Shown piece by piece: positions 9,096 through 19,090 of a stretch of 64,000 nt of DNA. Made by a program: the position numbers and the translations under genes. Each line of letters opens with the position of its first letter. The first letter of the stretch is position 1. Below the pieces are notes generated by a model that searched no databases, had not been told where the DNA came from, and was given only the letters and a program-made list of their open reading frames with translations. The DNA lies in IMG/VR virus record IMGVR_UViG_3300043172_000799, positions 92,944 through 156,943 of that record; one strand, 5' to 3'. Source of the stretch: a virus (taxonomy: Duplodnaviria; Heunggongvirae; Uroviricota; Caudoviricetes).

Positions 9096-9851
9096 TTATT
9101 TCTTACGCAGTACACTGTTGGTGAAGTACAATTCCACATCCATTTCAGTAAGTATTTCTTCTTCCACATATCTTTCGAATAATGCCTCATAAAAAAGGAT
9201 CTCTCTTACCCATGCGAAGTTCTCTTTATTGCAGGGTGTATTGGATGCCCCATAATACCCTAGACCGAATAAAGAGGCACATCTTAAGATACCCCATGCT
9301 TCACTATTTAACTTTTCCATTCTTTTCTCTGATATAGGATCTTGAACACAACCATGATTGTCTTTATAGATATAGCCAATTTCCTGTTTGTAATTATGTT
9401 TTACAAAAGAGAGAATATCATCTAGGGTTTTCTTCTTAGAATTTCTGTTGATTTTACTTGCAACGAATCCATCTGATCTGTACCCATACATTGAGTCTGC
9501 ATCAAAATACTTTGCTGACAGTCCCGTGAAATTATCATATGCCCATCTAATAGACATTCCATGGGGTAGGCTTTCTAAAAAGTAAATCTCCCTCTTATGT
9601 TCTTTACTCTTAAAGATGCTAGAATTGAACTCATCATGTATCCACTCAACAAGATCTTCTTTTTTAAGCCAATACCCATCCATGTAATCTTGGTGTCTAG
9701 GGTTCAACCAAATTCTACCATCTTTTTCAGTGGAGAGGGCGTGAAATGTGTATGGGGAAGTGACATGCTCCCCATACATTTGTTGCCATTCAGTATCTTT
9801 CTTATGTAGCTTTTCCTTTAGAGAAGCAAAAGTACTCTTTTTAATAAACAT
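9096..9851 (-). CDS. hypothetical protein
   Basis: 251-aa ORF. Strong RBS (GGAGG 5 nt upstream of ATG at 9851). Confidence 0.45.
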   Translation of the reverse strand: MFIKKSTFASLKEKLHKKDTEWQQMYGEHVTSPYTFHALSTEKDGRIWLNPRHQDYMDGYWLKKEDLVEWIHDEFNSSIFKSKEHKREIYFLESLPHGMSIRWAYDNFTGLSAKYFDADSMYGYRSDGFVASKINRNSKKKTLDDILSFVKHNYKQEIGYIYKDNHGCVQDPISEKRMEKLNSEAWGILRCASLFGLGYYGASNTPCNKENFAWVREILFYEALFERYVEEEILTEMDVELYFTNSVLRKK

Positions 9852-9880
9852 CTATTCCTCCAAATATTCAATCTACAATA

Positions 9881-9909
9881 AACATAACACATCACGCATC
9901 ATTTGTCAA
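9881..9909 (-). promoter_or_regulatory. putative promoter (TTGACA-17-TATGTT)
   Basis: Minus strand TTGACA 9909..9904. Followed by GGAGG RBS and ATG at 9851. Confidence 0.35.
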
Positions 9910-9923
9910 TATACAAAATAAAA

Positions 9924-9973
9924 AAGTCAGAGTCCAATATGCTTATGAGACAAAGCACATCTTCTTCTGACTT
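9924..9973 (-). terminator. imperfect 9-bp stem with large loop followed by T-run (weak terminator candidate)
   Basis: 'aagtcagag' ... 'cttctgactt', then a T-run on the minus strand at 9924..9910 (outside the stem span). Confidence 0.3.
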
Positions 9974-9974
9974 A

Positions 9975-10607
9975 CTATTTACTTAACATTTTAATATAAC
10001 ACTCTTTTCTTTTAGCTTTGTTGGATATCTCTGAAGGAGTATACCCATTGTGAGAAAGCTCACGGGACTGATCCTTCACTGATTGTTTCATCTTTGCAAT
10101 AATAGCTTTATCCAATGAAGCCTCTTCCCATGACATCCCTGTACGTTCCATATGTGTAATTATCTTATGGGCATCTTTTGATATCAATCTCATATTATCA
10201 GGAGAAGTCAGTAATCTAAATAGAAATACACAAGCTTCCAGAGGAGAATTACAACTTCCTGCTGGAGAAATATGATCCACTTCTCCTTCTGTTTTTTTGG
10301 TTAATTCCCCTGTAACTTCACATATAAAGTACTTTTGTGTCTTTTGCTTCCCTGCATTCTTACCCGATTTAATCAGGACTGGATTTCCTTGCCCATCTGT
10401 CAGTGGGTGATCAAAACACTGCTTCTTTAAGTAGTCATTCTTAGGAACCCACTTTCTTGACCAGATTCCCCTTAACTGCCCTCTAAGCCATGAGAAGTAC
10501 TGTGATTGGGTCTTCCAATTAGAGGACCATTCCCATGGCTTGTGTTTATTAATTTCTACAAGAAGCTGTTCTACTAGTATAGCTTCTTCAGGATTATTCT
10601 TGGTCAC
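9975..10607 (-). CDS. putative HNH-family endonuclease
   Basis: 'CEVTG...GEVDHISPAG...NMRLIS...AHKIITH' fits the C...DH...N...H pattern of HNH nucleases. Confidence 0.4.
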   Translation of the reverse strand: MTKNNPEEAILVEQLLVEINKHKPWEWSSNWKTQSQYFSWLRGQLRGIWSRKWVPKNDYLKKQCFDHPLTDGQGNPVLIKSGKNAGKQKTQKYFICEVTGELTKKTEGEVDHISPAGSCNSPLEACVFLFRLLTSPDNMRLISKDAHKIITHMERTGMSWEEASLDKAIIAKMKQSVKDQSRELSHNGYTPSEISNKAKRKECYIKMLSK

Positions 10608-10785
10608 TATACATCATCCTCTTGAAGTATTTTATCATCATGAAGGGTAATAGCTCTACGAATAGATTCAGGATCTGTGCTTTCTCCTTCTTGCAGAGAG
10701 AGGGCACATTCACAAGCATATTTTTCAGAATACGTCTCGGGGTATATATGGAAATCCCCATTTATTACTTCTACTTTTATACTCA

Positions 10786-11049
10786 CTATGTTACCTCTTG
10801 CATAGTGAATTTCTCATGAAAATCCTCTGGAGAATAAACAATCAATTTATTATCTTCCTTTACAATGAAATCACCAAGAACACCATGCCCCAATATACCT
10901 TTTCCTTTTAGTGCAAAAGATGTTTCTTTTGTTGATACCCGAACAATTTTAGGAGAACATCCATTGGCTAAGTGCATGATATTCTCACTATCCTCTTCCA
11001 CAGTGAAATTCATTACTGCGTACTCATAACATTTTCTTTTACAAATCAT
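10786..11049 (-). CDS. hypothetical protein
   Basis: 87-aa ORF, stop overlaps next start. Confidence 0.3.
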   Translation of the reverse strand: MICKRKCYEYAVMNFTVEEDSENIMHLANGCSPKIVRVSTKETSFALKGKGILGHGVLGDFIVKEDNKLIVYSPEDFHEKFTMQEVT

Positions 11050-11246
11050 TTCACATCCTTTAATTTAGCATAATTTAACAGATATCCATCAGATGAGATG
11101 CCTGTATTCCATCTAGCTTTCTGTCTTTGTTCAACCATGAATCTATATGCCCTATCATTCTCTTTAGCAACATCACTGGCTGTATCAATGTCATCAATAA
11201 TTTGCCATAAATATTCAATGGTGTTTAATAGTAAGTTTTCATTCAT
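11046..11246 (-). CDS. hypothetical protein
   Basis: 66-aa ORF. Confidence 0.3.
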   Translation of the reverse strand: MNENLLLNTIEYLWQIIDDIDTASDVAKENDRAYRFMVEQRQKARWNTGISSDGYLLNYAKLKDVK

Positions 11247-11531
11247 CTATTCCTCCACGATATCATACGTCTTCTTAAATATATCTAACTTAATTGGGTA
11301 TATCTCACCCTCAATACCAGTTATTAGCATATCCTTTGGAGTCATCCTTTCAGTACCTTCAAGTGTATCAAAAAGATAACATTCATCATTTTCATGAGTT
11401 ATATAATGCCCATTGTAGTTAAATGACCATGGCAAACCTCCAACAATATTATCAGAGATATTTTTCCCATACTCCACGAATTCATTAAATGTAATAGCTT
11501 CTATAACGACAGATTTCTTTCTGTATTTCAT
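11247..11531 (-). CDS. hypothetical protein
   Basis: 94-aa ORF, 4-nt overlap with the recA-like gene. Confidence 0.3.
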   Translation of the reverse strand: MKYRKKSVVIEAITFNEFVEYGKNISDNIVGGLPWSFNYNGHYITHENDECYLFDTLEGTERMTPKDMLITGIEGEIYPIKLDIFKKTYDIVEE

Positions 11532-12793
11532 AATTCCACCTTCGGTCTTACCTTTCTATTCTTAGGTTTATCTTTTTGTTCAAGATAATCCCATTTCAGC
11601 TTTGCTCTTTTAGTAAGTTCTTCCTCTAAATCATTATCCTCAATGTAGGTCACTAAGTCATTAAAAGACATAACACCAAATTGTTTCACAAAGACTGCCA
11701 TGATATCAGAACGAGCAGAGATATATTTTTTAATATTAGAAACTCTGAGGCTATTAAATTCTTCTTTGATAGCATCCTCTATGTTTTGATCCTTACAGAA
11801 CCCTTTATACTCATCATTAGATACACCTTCCACTTCCTCACTATCAAAGGGGTCATAGGATCCTCCCCACTTCAATGCACCCATTCTGGCAGGGATATCC
11901 TTACCATACTCATCTAACAAATCATAGATAAAAGTTATGTTACTCCGCACATTGTCAAAGCCTGTATCAGTAATCACATCTACGTACACTTTTCTTTTTT
12001 CATATTTGGTTCTTGTTTTGTCTAAGAAAACTTTAACCCTATACCCATAAGGACGATCTTTAGGGCCTAGATCACAAACTCGTGAAATTTCAAATCGTTT
12101 ACTTGCAGTGAACTTACTTGAATGCCCTCCAGATACTATGTGCTTTTTCCCGAACGTTCCTGCGTTTAAGTTGTCTCTGATCTGAGAAATAATTAAAGCA
12201 TGAATATTATGCTCAAAGCAGGGAATAGTAACTTCCCTCCAAAGTTCACCAAGCTTCTTAGCCCTATCACCATACGTTCCAATATTAGTAGCTTCACCGC
12301 TTTTCTTAAATGCTTTCCTCTGATCATCCGTTCTACTTTTATCTGCTAAAGAGTAAAGTTGATCTTGACTGTCTGTAATATACACACCAACTTCACCTTT
12401 TGAAGCATCAACAGATTCACAAAAATCTAAAAGATCTGCCTTTACAGACTCAATAATAGGAATGTGAACTAAGTTTTTTGTGTTTAGTAGGGGGTATCCA
12501 TAACGATCTTCGGTATCAAAGGACATTGCTGCCTCTGCATCGTTATACCTATACTTAGTTTTCTTTCCACTGTATTTTAACATTGCCTGATATATTAGCT
12601 CTACGGCAAATTGGGTTTTACCACCCTTACTATCCGCAAAAATTTGTGATACACCACCAATGTCCCACCCCCCTTCCATTGCTATATCTAGAAGATCTAT
12701 TCCTGTAGGAATCTTTTTATCAAATATTAATCTTCTACTCTTTTTTTCTTTCTTATTTTCAAGGATTTTTTCTTTATCTTCTATTGTTGGCAT
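11528..12793 (-). CDS. RecA/UvsX-family recombinase
   Basis: 'IPTGIDLLDIAMEGGWDIGGVSQIFADSKGGKTQFAVELI' matches RecA 'ISTGSLSLDIALGAGGLP.GRIVEIYGPESSGKTT'. 'YRYNDAEAAMSFD' matches 'AFIDAEHALDP'. 'ALIISQIRDNLNAGTFGKKHIVSGGHSSKFTASKRFEISRV' matches RecA L2 'INQIR...GGNALKFYASVRLDIRR'. Confidence 0.85.
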   Translation of the reverse strand: MPTIEDKEKILENKKEKKSRRLIFDKKIPTGIDLLDIAMEGGWDIGGVSQIFADSKGGKTQFAVELIYQAMLKYSGKKTKYRYNDAEAAMSFDTEDRYGYPLLNTKNLVHIPIIESVKADLLDFCESVDASKGEVGVYITDSQDQLYSLADKSRTDDQRKAFKKSGEATNIGTYGDRAKKLGELWREVTIPCFEHNIHALIISQIRDNLNAGTFGKKHIVSGGHSSKFTASKRFEISRVCDLGPKDRPYGYRVKVFLDKTRTKYEKRKVYVDVITDTGFDNVRSNITFIYDLLDEYGKDIPARMGALKWGGSYDPFDSEEVEGVSNDEYKGFCKDQNIEDAIKEEFNSLRVSNIKKYISARSDIMAVFVKQFGVMSFNDLVTYIEDNDLEEELTKRAKLKWDYLEQKDKPKNRKVRPKVEL

Positions 12794-13329
12794 ATCCTAG
12801 TTTCTCCTCTGCTCTTTTTATACGAAAATTCATTATGAAGTTCTTCCTCAGCGTTTTGTCTTGCTTTTATAGCATCTTCTTTATGTGCAAATAACCCTAG
12901 CTCTTTTCTTTTATCATCTTTGTTTATATACGCTCTCCATTTCTTAGTCAATTTATGCCAAGATACACCTACATGTTTAGAAGTATTATTAGATTGAATT
13001 TCTTTATTCATTTGGTTTTGACCATTGGTTGCAGAACGTAAATTAATCTTTCTATTATTAAGCCCATCACCGTCTCTATGCTCTGGAATAAACCCTTTCT
13101 CTACAGTGTGAATTACTTGGTGCATTTTTATACGAGTTTTATTAAAGTTCCCCTTAGTACGGGCTACAGCGTAAAATAACTTCTTTGAGGTGGTGGGCAC
13201 TCTATACCAACAGTAGTCTTTTACTTTAAAATAATCTTCTTTGTCAATGATTGTAAATCCATGGTCTTTATTGAAGAAGAATATTTTAATATAGCCATCA
13301 TAGACTTCTATGTTATTTACTTTAGACAT
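12781..13329 (-). CDS. HNH-AP2 homing endonuclease paralogue (short form lacking the N-terminal Cys domain)
   Basis: 'YIKIFFFNKDHGFTIIDKEDYFKVKDYCWY', HNH 'EHRDGDGLNNRKINLRSATNGQNQMN', AP2 'VGVSWHKLTKKWRAYINKDDKRKELGLF'. Confidence 0.75.
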   Translation of the reverse strand: MSKVNNIEVYDGYIKIFFFNKDHGFTIIDKEDYFKVKDYCWYRVPTTSKKLFYAVARTKGNFNKTRIKMHQVIHTVEKGFIPEHRDGDGLNNRKINLRSATNGQNQMNKEIQSNNTSKHVGVSWHKLTKKWRAYINKDDKRKELGLFAHKEDAIKARQNAEEELHNEFSYKKSRGETRICQQ

Positions 13330-13379
13330 AATTTCTCCAAAAAATAAGGGAGAGATTTCTCCCTCCCATTAAAATCTAT

Positions 13380-14453
13380 CTAGTTATGAAGTTCCTCATA
13401 CTTTTTATCACACAATGAGTAAAACTCACAATCCTTAACACAAGTTTTGGTATCTATATCCTGTCCAAAAGTCAATTCCATTGGGCATTCAGGATCTGAA
13501 GGCTCTTCTTTAGCTCTTCTAGCTCGTCTCCGTGTGGAAGGTGTATCATCTTCAGAGTCAGTTTTCTCACTACGTCTAGAAGAACGTCCTGATGTTTCTT
13601 CCTTCTCCTCTTTTTTATCACCACGATCACGTTTAGATGTAGAAGGTTTATCCTCTTTATCGACACCATCTTTATCACTACCGTCATCATCATCATCATT
13701 ACCCCAGAAAGCATTAGATATCTCATCATAAGAAGAAATCTTAATCATAGTATCAAGTCTAGGAGAAGTATCAATATCCTCATCATTGTACTGGTTTTCC
13801 ATATCCTCAAAGTCAAAAGATTTTACTTCACCACAATACTCTTTACCATTGTATTTAGACTTAGAGAATTCAAATCCAATTGAGAATCCATCTTCAGAGA
13901 TATCACCAAGAAGATATTGTCTCTTTTTAGATTTTCTCTTAATCTGGTCTTTTAGATTACGGGTGAACCACCCATAGGAGTACTCAAAGATTTTCATCTT
14001 ATTGTTATCTTCTAAATCCACCACATTGTAGAAGGACTTTCTCTTTGGTCGAAGGGCATATAGCTTTTCATCATTCCACTCAAGGTCTTCATCTTCTTTA
14101 AGACGGTCATGTTCCTCACAGATAGGGCAGTCCTTGTCATAATTTTTCTTAGGACATACCATGTTCTTTTTAGAAGGGCCAACTTTAGTATGGACATATA
14201 GATCAAGGCGATCATCTTCCATGAAATCTGGATCTGCATCTTTCAGAGTGGCATATTTAGGATGCTTCTTTGATGTCACAACATATGGTATAATGTCAAA
14301 AAGATAATCTGTCTCTAACTCCGGCTTAACCCATGTGATATCAGGATACTCAGATGTGTCCAGCACTCTATAGCCCCCACCACTTTCTTCCTTCATGTCT
14401 CTTTCTTGTTTCTTTGCTAATCTTGCTCTTCTGTCATTACTTACGCTTGCCAT
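13380..14453 (-). CDS. putative zinc-binding ssDNA-binding protein (gp32-like?) with acidic/SR-rich C-terminus
   Basis: Sits immediately upstream of the recombinase. 'CPKKNYDKDCPICEEH' (Cx9CxxC..H) recalls the T4 gp32 zinc site. Poly-Asp stretch 'DDDDDGSDKDG'. C-terminal Cys cluster. Overall similarity to gp32 not established. Confidence 0.35.
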   Translation of the reverse strand: MASVSNDRRARLAKKQERDMKEESGGGYRVLDTSEYPDITWVKPELETDYLFDIIPYVVTSKKHPKYATLKDADPDFMEDDRLDLYVHTKVGPSKKNMVCPKKNYDKDCPICEEHDRLKEDEDLEWNDEKLYALRPKRKSFYNVVDLEDNNKMKIFEYSYGWFTRNLKDQIKRKSKKRQYLLGDISEDGFSIGFEFSKSKYNGKEYCGEVKSFDFEDMENQYNDEDIDTSPRLDTMIKISSYDEISNAFWGNDDDDDGSDKDGVDKEDKPSTSKRDRGDKKEEKEETSGRSSRRSEKTDSEDDTPSTRRRARRAKEEPSDPECPMELTFGQDIDTKTCVKDCEFYSLCDKKYEELHN

Positions 14454-14652
14454 TCTTTACTTCCTTATTCTTTTTAATTATTTTACTTACTTCATTTTGT
14501 TTAAACATTGCTTCTGGCTGATCTATGTCAGAACGATCTTCTTTGTTGTAAAAATAATACACAGCGTCCTCACATCTTACAAACTTTGATTTAACCAAAA
14601 GCGGTTTTTTCCAATTTCTTTTTACTTCGTAATAAACTTCACTATTACCCAT
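14437..14652 (-). CDS. hypothetical protein
   Basis: 71-aa ORF, stop overlaps next start. Confidence 0.3.
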   Translation of the reverse strand: MGNSEVYYEVKRNWKKPLLVKSKFVRCEDAVYYFYNKEDRSDIDQPEAMFKQNEVSKIIKKNKEVKNGKRK

Positions 14653-15172
14653 CTGTTTTCTTCCTTCTCCTTCGTTTCAACTCTGCTCGCTCATCAACCT
14701 CCTCTTCTTTTTCTTTGATTTCTGTAATCTCTTTTATGTAATTTCCACTATTTCTAGTAAAATCTACAGGGTCAGCAAAATATCCTCCTAGGTATAATCT
14801 CACTTCATCTTGTAGTGCGTATTTCTTTACATCCAAGGCTATAGTATAGTTTGTACAAATATCTACTTTCTTCTGTAGTACATTTGCTTCCTGTTCAAGT
14901 TTGTAGATCTCTTCATCAGATTCTACAGCATTAGCAATATCCGGCAGTGCCAATTTCACAGGCTTTTCATTTGTATCAAGTATACTTCTAATTCCCCTTT
15001 TATATTCTAAGGCAATATCAGATCTTCTTTTTTTGATGTATATTTTTTTGTTGCGTAGTTCATTAGCAACATCTGCTTGTTCATCCCCTGCCTCTCTTCT
15101 AAGGGATGCCTGTCTTTGCCACTCCGTATGTAGATTGTATAAATCTACCACTGTATTGTCTTCTATTTCCAT
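14645..15172 (-). CDS. hypothetical coiled-coil protein
   Basis: 175 aa, basic C-terminus 'RRRRKKTDG'. Confidence 0.4.
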   Translation of the reverse strand: MEIEDNTVVDLYNLHTEWQRQASLRREAGDEQADVANELRNKKIYIKKRRSDIALEYKRGIRSILDTNEKPVKLALPDIANAVESDEEIYKLEQEANVLQKKVDICTNYTIALDVKKYALQDEVRLYLGGYFADPVDFTRNSGNYIKEITEIKEKEEEVDERAELKRRRRKKTDG

Positions 15173-15513
15173 CTTTATTCAGTACCTTTACTCATTCTCT
15201 ACCTTCTTATCATCCACATACAAATTGTATTGCTTCCCACAAATCACATCATCCAGTTCTTTTACTGTTAAAGTAGTTATTAAAAATTCATTGTTGAATG
15301 TCACATCATTTCTACTGTAGGATTTCTTTGGATCGGTAATTATGATTTCCACCATTTCTTACTCCTCTCTGCCCTCCATGGGATTTCACTGCCATCCCCC
15401 AAAGTTCCTTTTCTAGTAGCTTGTCCAGCATGAAGTCTAATTTTTTCCTTATGAATGAAGTCCCTTCGATTCTTCCTATTCATTCTGTCTTCTATTTTAC
15501 CTTTTATTTTCAT

Positions 15514-15774
15514 CTATTCCTCCACGATATAAAAGTTACTTTCCTTTGACGCATCGTAATCCATAATTTCATTCTGAATAAAAGAAATGAACTTTGAATC
15601 TATTTCCCCAAACTCCAAAGCAGATCCTTCAAATGTTTCATCTTCACAGTTTGGATCTTGAATACATCTGTTATCCTGCATCTCTTCCCATAATTCTAGT
15701 GTGACATTAGGAAAAACCTCTTCAAAGTTCATAGCATCAAAACCATTCGTCTCCTCAATATAAATAATTTTCAT
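15514..15774 (-). CDS. hypothetical acidic protein
   Basis: 86-aa ORF. Confidence 0.35.
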   Translation of the reverse strand: MKIIYIEETNGFDAMNFEEVFPNVTLELWEEMQDNRCIQDPNCEDETFEGSALEFGEIDSKFISFIQNEIMDYDASKESNFYIVEE

Positions 15775-16079
15775 CTTGTATCTCCTATAAGAGTATTCAA
15801 AAAATTAATAGCAGAGGTATTTGCAATTTCATGTAGATCATTGTGGTCAATAACAAGATCACTACTCCCCACTTCATCTACAAAAGCCATTGCTATATTT
15901 GCTTGATATCCATAATATAATTCTTCATCTTCTTTTAAGGCTTTTCTCAATACATTAACCGATTCTTCTAAATTATCTTTAATCTCCTGATCCTTGTAAT
16001 ACACCTCGTTTTGCTCTATCTGCAAGTTTTTCAATATTCCCTGATAAAATATCAGAAAAATTAAATCCTTCATCTTCAC
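15771..16079 (-). CDS. hypothetical protein (overlaps MazG-like ORF by about 100 nt in another frame)
   Basis: 102-aa ORF. True start may be internal, or the locus carries a frameshift. Confidence 0.3.
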   Translation of the reverse strand: MKMKDLIFLIFYQGILKNLQIEQNEVYYKDQEIKDNLEESVNVLRKALKEDEELYYGYQANIAMAFVDEVGSSDLVIDHNDLHEIANTSAINFLNTLIGDTR

Positions 16080-16485
16080 ATATTTCTAATAGAAGAGTGT
16101 ACATTTTACTAAGTAATGTTTTAAGTTTTAAATGAGTTTCACTAGTTCTTATTTCCCAATCATTATCTCTAACTACTTTTTTTAATGTTTCTTGTATATG
16201 CCCTATAGTAATAAAACCATCTAGTATAATATCTCTTCTGCATTCAGCTTCATCCCAAACAAATAATTCAATTTCAACATTTAGGAAGTCAGAAAGAATT
16301 GCTAAGTACCAACTTGTATCTCCAATTTCTTTCCCTATCAAAGCATCTTCTGAATCCCATTGCAGATGGGTAATAAATTCTGACCATTCCCCCATCAATC
16401 CTGTAGTTGTGCAAAATAATAATTTCTCATGGGTGTCAAATGTGATCGTCTTCTTTGCTTCCTTTACATATTCATTCCAGTTCAA
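15979..16485 (-). CDS. MazG-like all-alpha NTP pyrophosphohydrolase
   Basis: 'LIGKEIGDTSWYLAILSDFLNV' and C-terminal 'NIEKLADRAKRG' resemble the MazG/HisE EExxE/D metal-binding helices. Confidence 0.5.
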   Translation of the reverse strand: MNWNEYVKEAKKTITFDTHEKLLFCTTTGLMGEWSEFITHLQWDSEDALIGKEIGDTSWYLAILSDFLNVEIELFVWDEAECRRDIILDGFITIGHIQETLKKVVRDNDWEIRTSETHLKLKTLLSKMYTLLLEICEDEGFNFSDILSGNIEKLADRAKRGVLQGSGD

Positions 16486-16488
16486 TAA

Positions 16489-16704
16489 TTACTCCTCTAT
16501 ATAGCACCATCTTTCCGGTGCTTCAAATACTTCCCCATCTGGGTTGAACCATTCCACCCAGTCCTCTCCATCAGCTTCACCTTCTTCATAAGAAAGCTGG
16601 AGATACCGCCATTCCTGATCTTTACCATAGTCACCCAGAATCGGAATACTTGATTTTCCCCAGTCTGTTGCAACGGTTATACTTGGGAGTTTATCTTCTG
16701 ATTT
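16489..16704 (-). CDS. small acidic hypothetical protein
   Basis: Start refined to ATG 16704..16702, preceded by AGGGGGA. The track's 16755 start is a TTG lying inside the promoter. Confidence 0.4.
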   Translation of the reverse strand, partial: KSEDKLPSITVATDWGKSSIPILGDYGKDQEWRYLQLSYEEGEADGEDWVEWFNPDGEVFEAPERWCYIEE

Positions 16705-16734
16705 ATTCCAAGTCATTATTCCCCCTATTCTAAT

Positions 16735-16763
16735 ATTATAGCATGACTTTAACAATCTGTCAA
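16735..16763 (-). promoter_or_regulatory. consensus sigma70-type promoter
   Basis: On the minus strand: TTGACA (16763..16758), 17 nt, TATAAT (16740..16735). Confidence 0.55.
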
Positions 16764-16798
16764 GTGGTTATTTTTAAATATTTTATTAAATTTGTTTT

Positions 16799-19090
16799 TT
16801 AATCACATTTTGAATAAAAGCATTCAGAACATGTAAGGCATCCTTCTTGAAATACAAGAGAAGTACTTCCACATTCAGGACATTTTTTTGAAGATAAACT
16901 CTTCTCTCCTTCCTTAATGTACTTCTTCAAAACTCTTCCTACACCTTTACTAAATGAAGTAAAGTCCTTATCCTTCAGTAGTGAGTCCACAATGAACTGG
17001 ATTGGTGTTTCTGCTCCTTGGTGTCGTAGAGATAGAGAGAGGAGGCGTGTTGCCATTCCATATTCTTTTTCAGCTCCTGCTCCTAAATCATCTATGACCA
17101 CCTCTTCTCCGTTGTTAAGAAGTTTATAGTGTCCTTTTTTGCTCTTTACAATACCACCTTCCTTATCATGGAAACCTTCTACTGGATGTGCTACAAATAA
17201 CTCATAAGGTTTGTCATCTAACATTCCTACCAACACCATAAACTTTTCACCTTTAGATTTTATATGGTGAATTTCACATCGTAGTGCATATGGTCTTTTT
17301 GGTGCAATTCTGGATTCAGAGTTTTCTGTCTTATTCTTAACAGCATTATAGTTAGCTTCCGTAATTAAGACTCCTGCCTTACTACCTTCCCTGTATACCG
17401 TAACTCCTTTCAATCCAGCCTTCCAAGTTGCCATATAAATATCTTCAACATCCGTAGATGTGGCATCTTTAGGGAGATTGTATGTAATAGATATAGATGA
17501 ATCTATATATCTCTGGAGAACAGCCATTAGTTGTATTTTTTCCATATTATTAATATTATGTGCTGTAGACCAAATAGAAGGATCAAGATTGTCTGCATTC
17601 TCCTTTGTCACTTCTAAATCATTATCTGTTAAATGCTGTACAACTAGATCATTAAATGTGAACCACTCTTTCCAATCATTTGTTGTACTCCTCTCTCTTC
17701 TCACATAATACTTAGCAAATAAAGGCTCCACTCCTCCTCCACCTGCTTCACAAATCATTTGTAGAGTCCCTGTAGGTGCATGGGCATTGTGTGTCATATG
17801 TGCTTGGAACTCTAGCATCCCATCATCTAAAACCCCATCTTCCAACATGTTTTGAATAAACATGGAGTTCTTTATTTGCTCCCTGTCATAGGATGGGTAT
17901 GATCCACAATTCTTCTGTGCAATCAAGTTTGAAGCCTTATATGAGTAATGCACCAAGTCCCTGCTTATTTCTTCTGCCAATACAAGAGATCTCTCTGACC
18001 CATATCTAACTTTGTGGTGGATAAAGAAATCTGCTAACCCAACAAATCCTAAACCTACACGGGGAGCATTCATAATTTTAAATCTTTGCTCCTCTGTAGG
18101 ACTTCTCTCATTTTCTATTTCATACAGTCGAAATGCATCAAGAACATATATCATGAAAACAATTAATTCTCTATACACATCTTTACCATACTCATTGTAT
18201 TTTGCAATATTAATAGAACTAAGCATACAAACATTGTCATCATCCAAGTTAATTTCAGAGCAACCATTGACTGACGTTATAGGGAACCCAACAGTATCTG
18301 AGTTGCTATATCTCTGTGCTGTATCCCAAAATAATAATCCAGGATCTCCAGATTTACAGGCATGTTTCGCTATCATTGTAAATAGTTTTTTAGCTTGAAT
18401 ATTCCTCTCAATTCTCTCATACTTATTCTCAAAGTATAATGTGAACATCTCATCTTTCTCTACTTTTCTCATGAAATCATCATCTATCATTATAGAGATG
18501 TTGGCATTTTCTAACGTACCTTCCTCATCTTTAACGGAGATGAACTCTAAAATATCTGGATGAGAGATCTTGAGGGACATTAGTCCAGCTCCTCTTCTTC
18601 CCTGTTGTGAGATTACCTTTAGGATATCATCATAAGTTCTCATGAAAGACACTGCTCCAGTGGATTCCTGTGAAGAATTATGAACTTGTGCTCCACGAGG
18701 GCGTAACTTAGAAAAATCTGCTCCTTCACCTTGTCCAAAGGCACTGTATTTGCTCCATTTATACCAGCCTCTTGAAATATCTTCTAGGCTATCATCTATA
18801 GCTCCTAATGTTGTACAGTTTATTACACTTACATTTTGGTTGGGGTTCATAGCCGATCTGTATAAACCTCCTGCAAACCCAACCCACTTTTTACTCCCAT
18901 ATTCAATGCATTTGCCTTCTAGTTCAGGGTAGTACTTAGTTACTACTGCATCAATTCTTTTTAGTGGATCTATCAGCTCCTTGTCTACTGGTATCATATA
19001 CTTTGATCTATAGACCTTCTCTGCCATTTCTGATTTAAATTCCAATGCTATGCTCCTCACTTCTTCCAAAGGGTTTTTCAAAACTCTCAA
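16799..19090 (-). CDS. ribonucleotide reductase, probably class II (NrdJ-like), with C-terminal zinc ribbon
   Basis: Active-site region 'NGCSEINLDDDNVCMLSSINIAKY' (N-C-E). C-terminal 'CPECGSTSLVFQEGCLTCSEC'. No NrdB-like small subunit in the window. Confidence 0.75.
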   Translation of the reverse strand: MRVLKNPLEEVRSIALEFKSEMAEKVYRSKYMIPVDKELIDPLKRIDAVVTKYYPELEGKCIEYGSKKWVGFAGGLYRSAMNPNQNVSVINCTTLGAIDDSLEDISRGWYKWSKYSAFGQGEGADFSKLRPRGAQVHNSSQESTGAVSFMRTYDDILKVISQQGRRGAGLMSLKISHPDILEFISVKDEEGTLENANISIMIDDDFMRKVEKDEMFTLYFENKYERIERNIQAKKLFTMIAKHACKSGDPGLLFWDTAQRYSNSDTVGFPITSVNGCSEINLDDDNVCMLSSINIAKYNEYGKDVYRELIVFMIYVLDAFRLYEIENERSPTEEQRFKIMNAPRVGLGFVGLADFFIHHKVRYGSERSLVLAEEISRDLVHYSYKASNLIAQKNCGSYPSYDREQIKNSMFIQNMLEDGVLDDGMLEFQAHMTHNAHAPTGTLQMICEAGGGGVEPLFAKYYVRRERSTTNDWKEWFTFNDLVVQHLTDNDLEVTKENADNLDPSIWSTAHNINNMEKIQLMAVLQRYIDSSISITYNLPKDATSTDVEDIYMATWKAGLKGVTVYREGSKAGVLITEANYNAVKNKTENSESRIAPKRPYALRCEIHHIKSKGEKFMVLVGMLDDKPYELFVAHPVEGFHDKEGGIVKSKKGHYKLLNNGEEVVIDDLGAGAEKEYGMATRLLSLSLRHQGAETPIQFIVDSLLKDKDFTSFSKGVGRVLKKYIKEGEKSLSSKKCPECGSTSLVFQEGCLTCSECFYSKCD

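Noticed and set aside
13472-13729. 85-aa ORF with poly-Met/Ile stretch
   Set aside because: Lies entirely inside the putative SSB gene in another frame, within the poly-Asp/SR-encoding repetitive DNA.
14012-14239. 75-aa minus-strand ORF
   Set aside because: Internal to the 13380..14453 gene.
13380-14453. Confident identification as T4 gp32
   Set aside because: Only the Cx9CxxC..H spacing, the acidic tail and synteny with the recombinase support it. The body does not align to gp32 by eye, so it is kept as a low-confidence SSB-like call.
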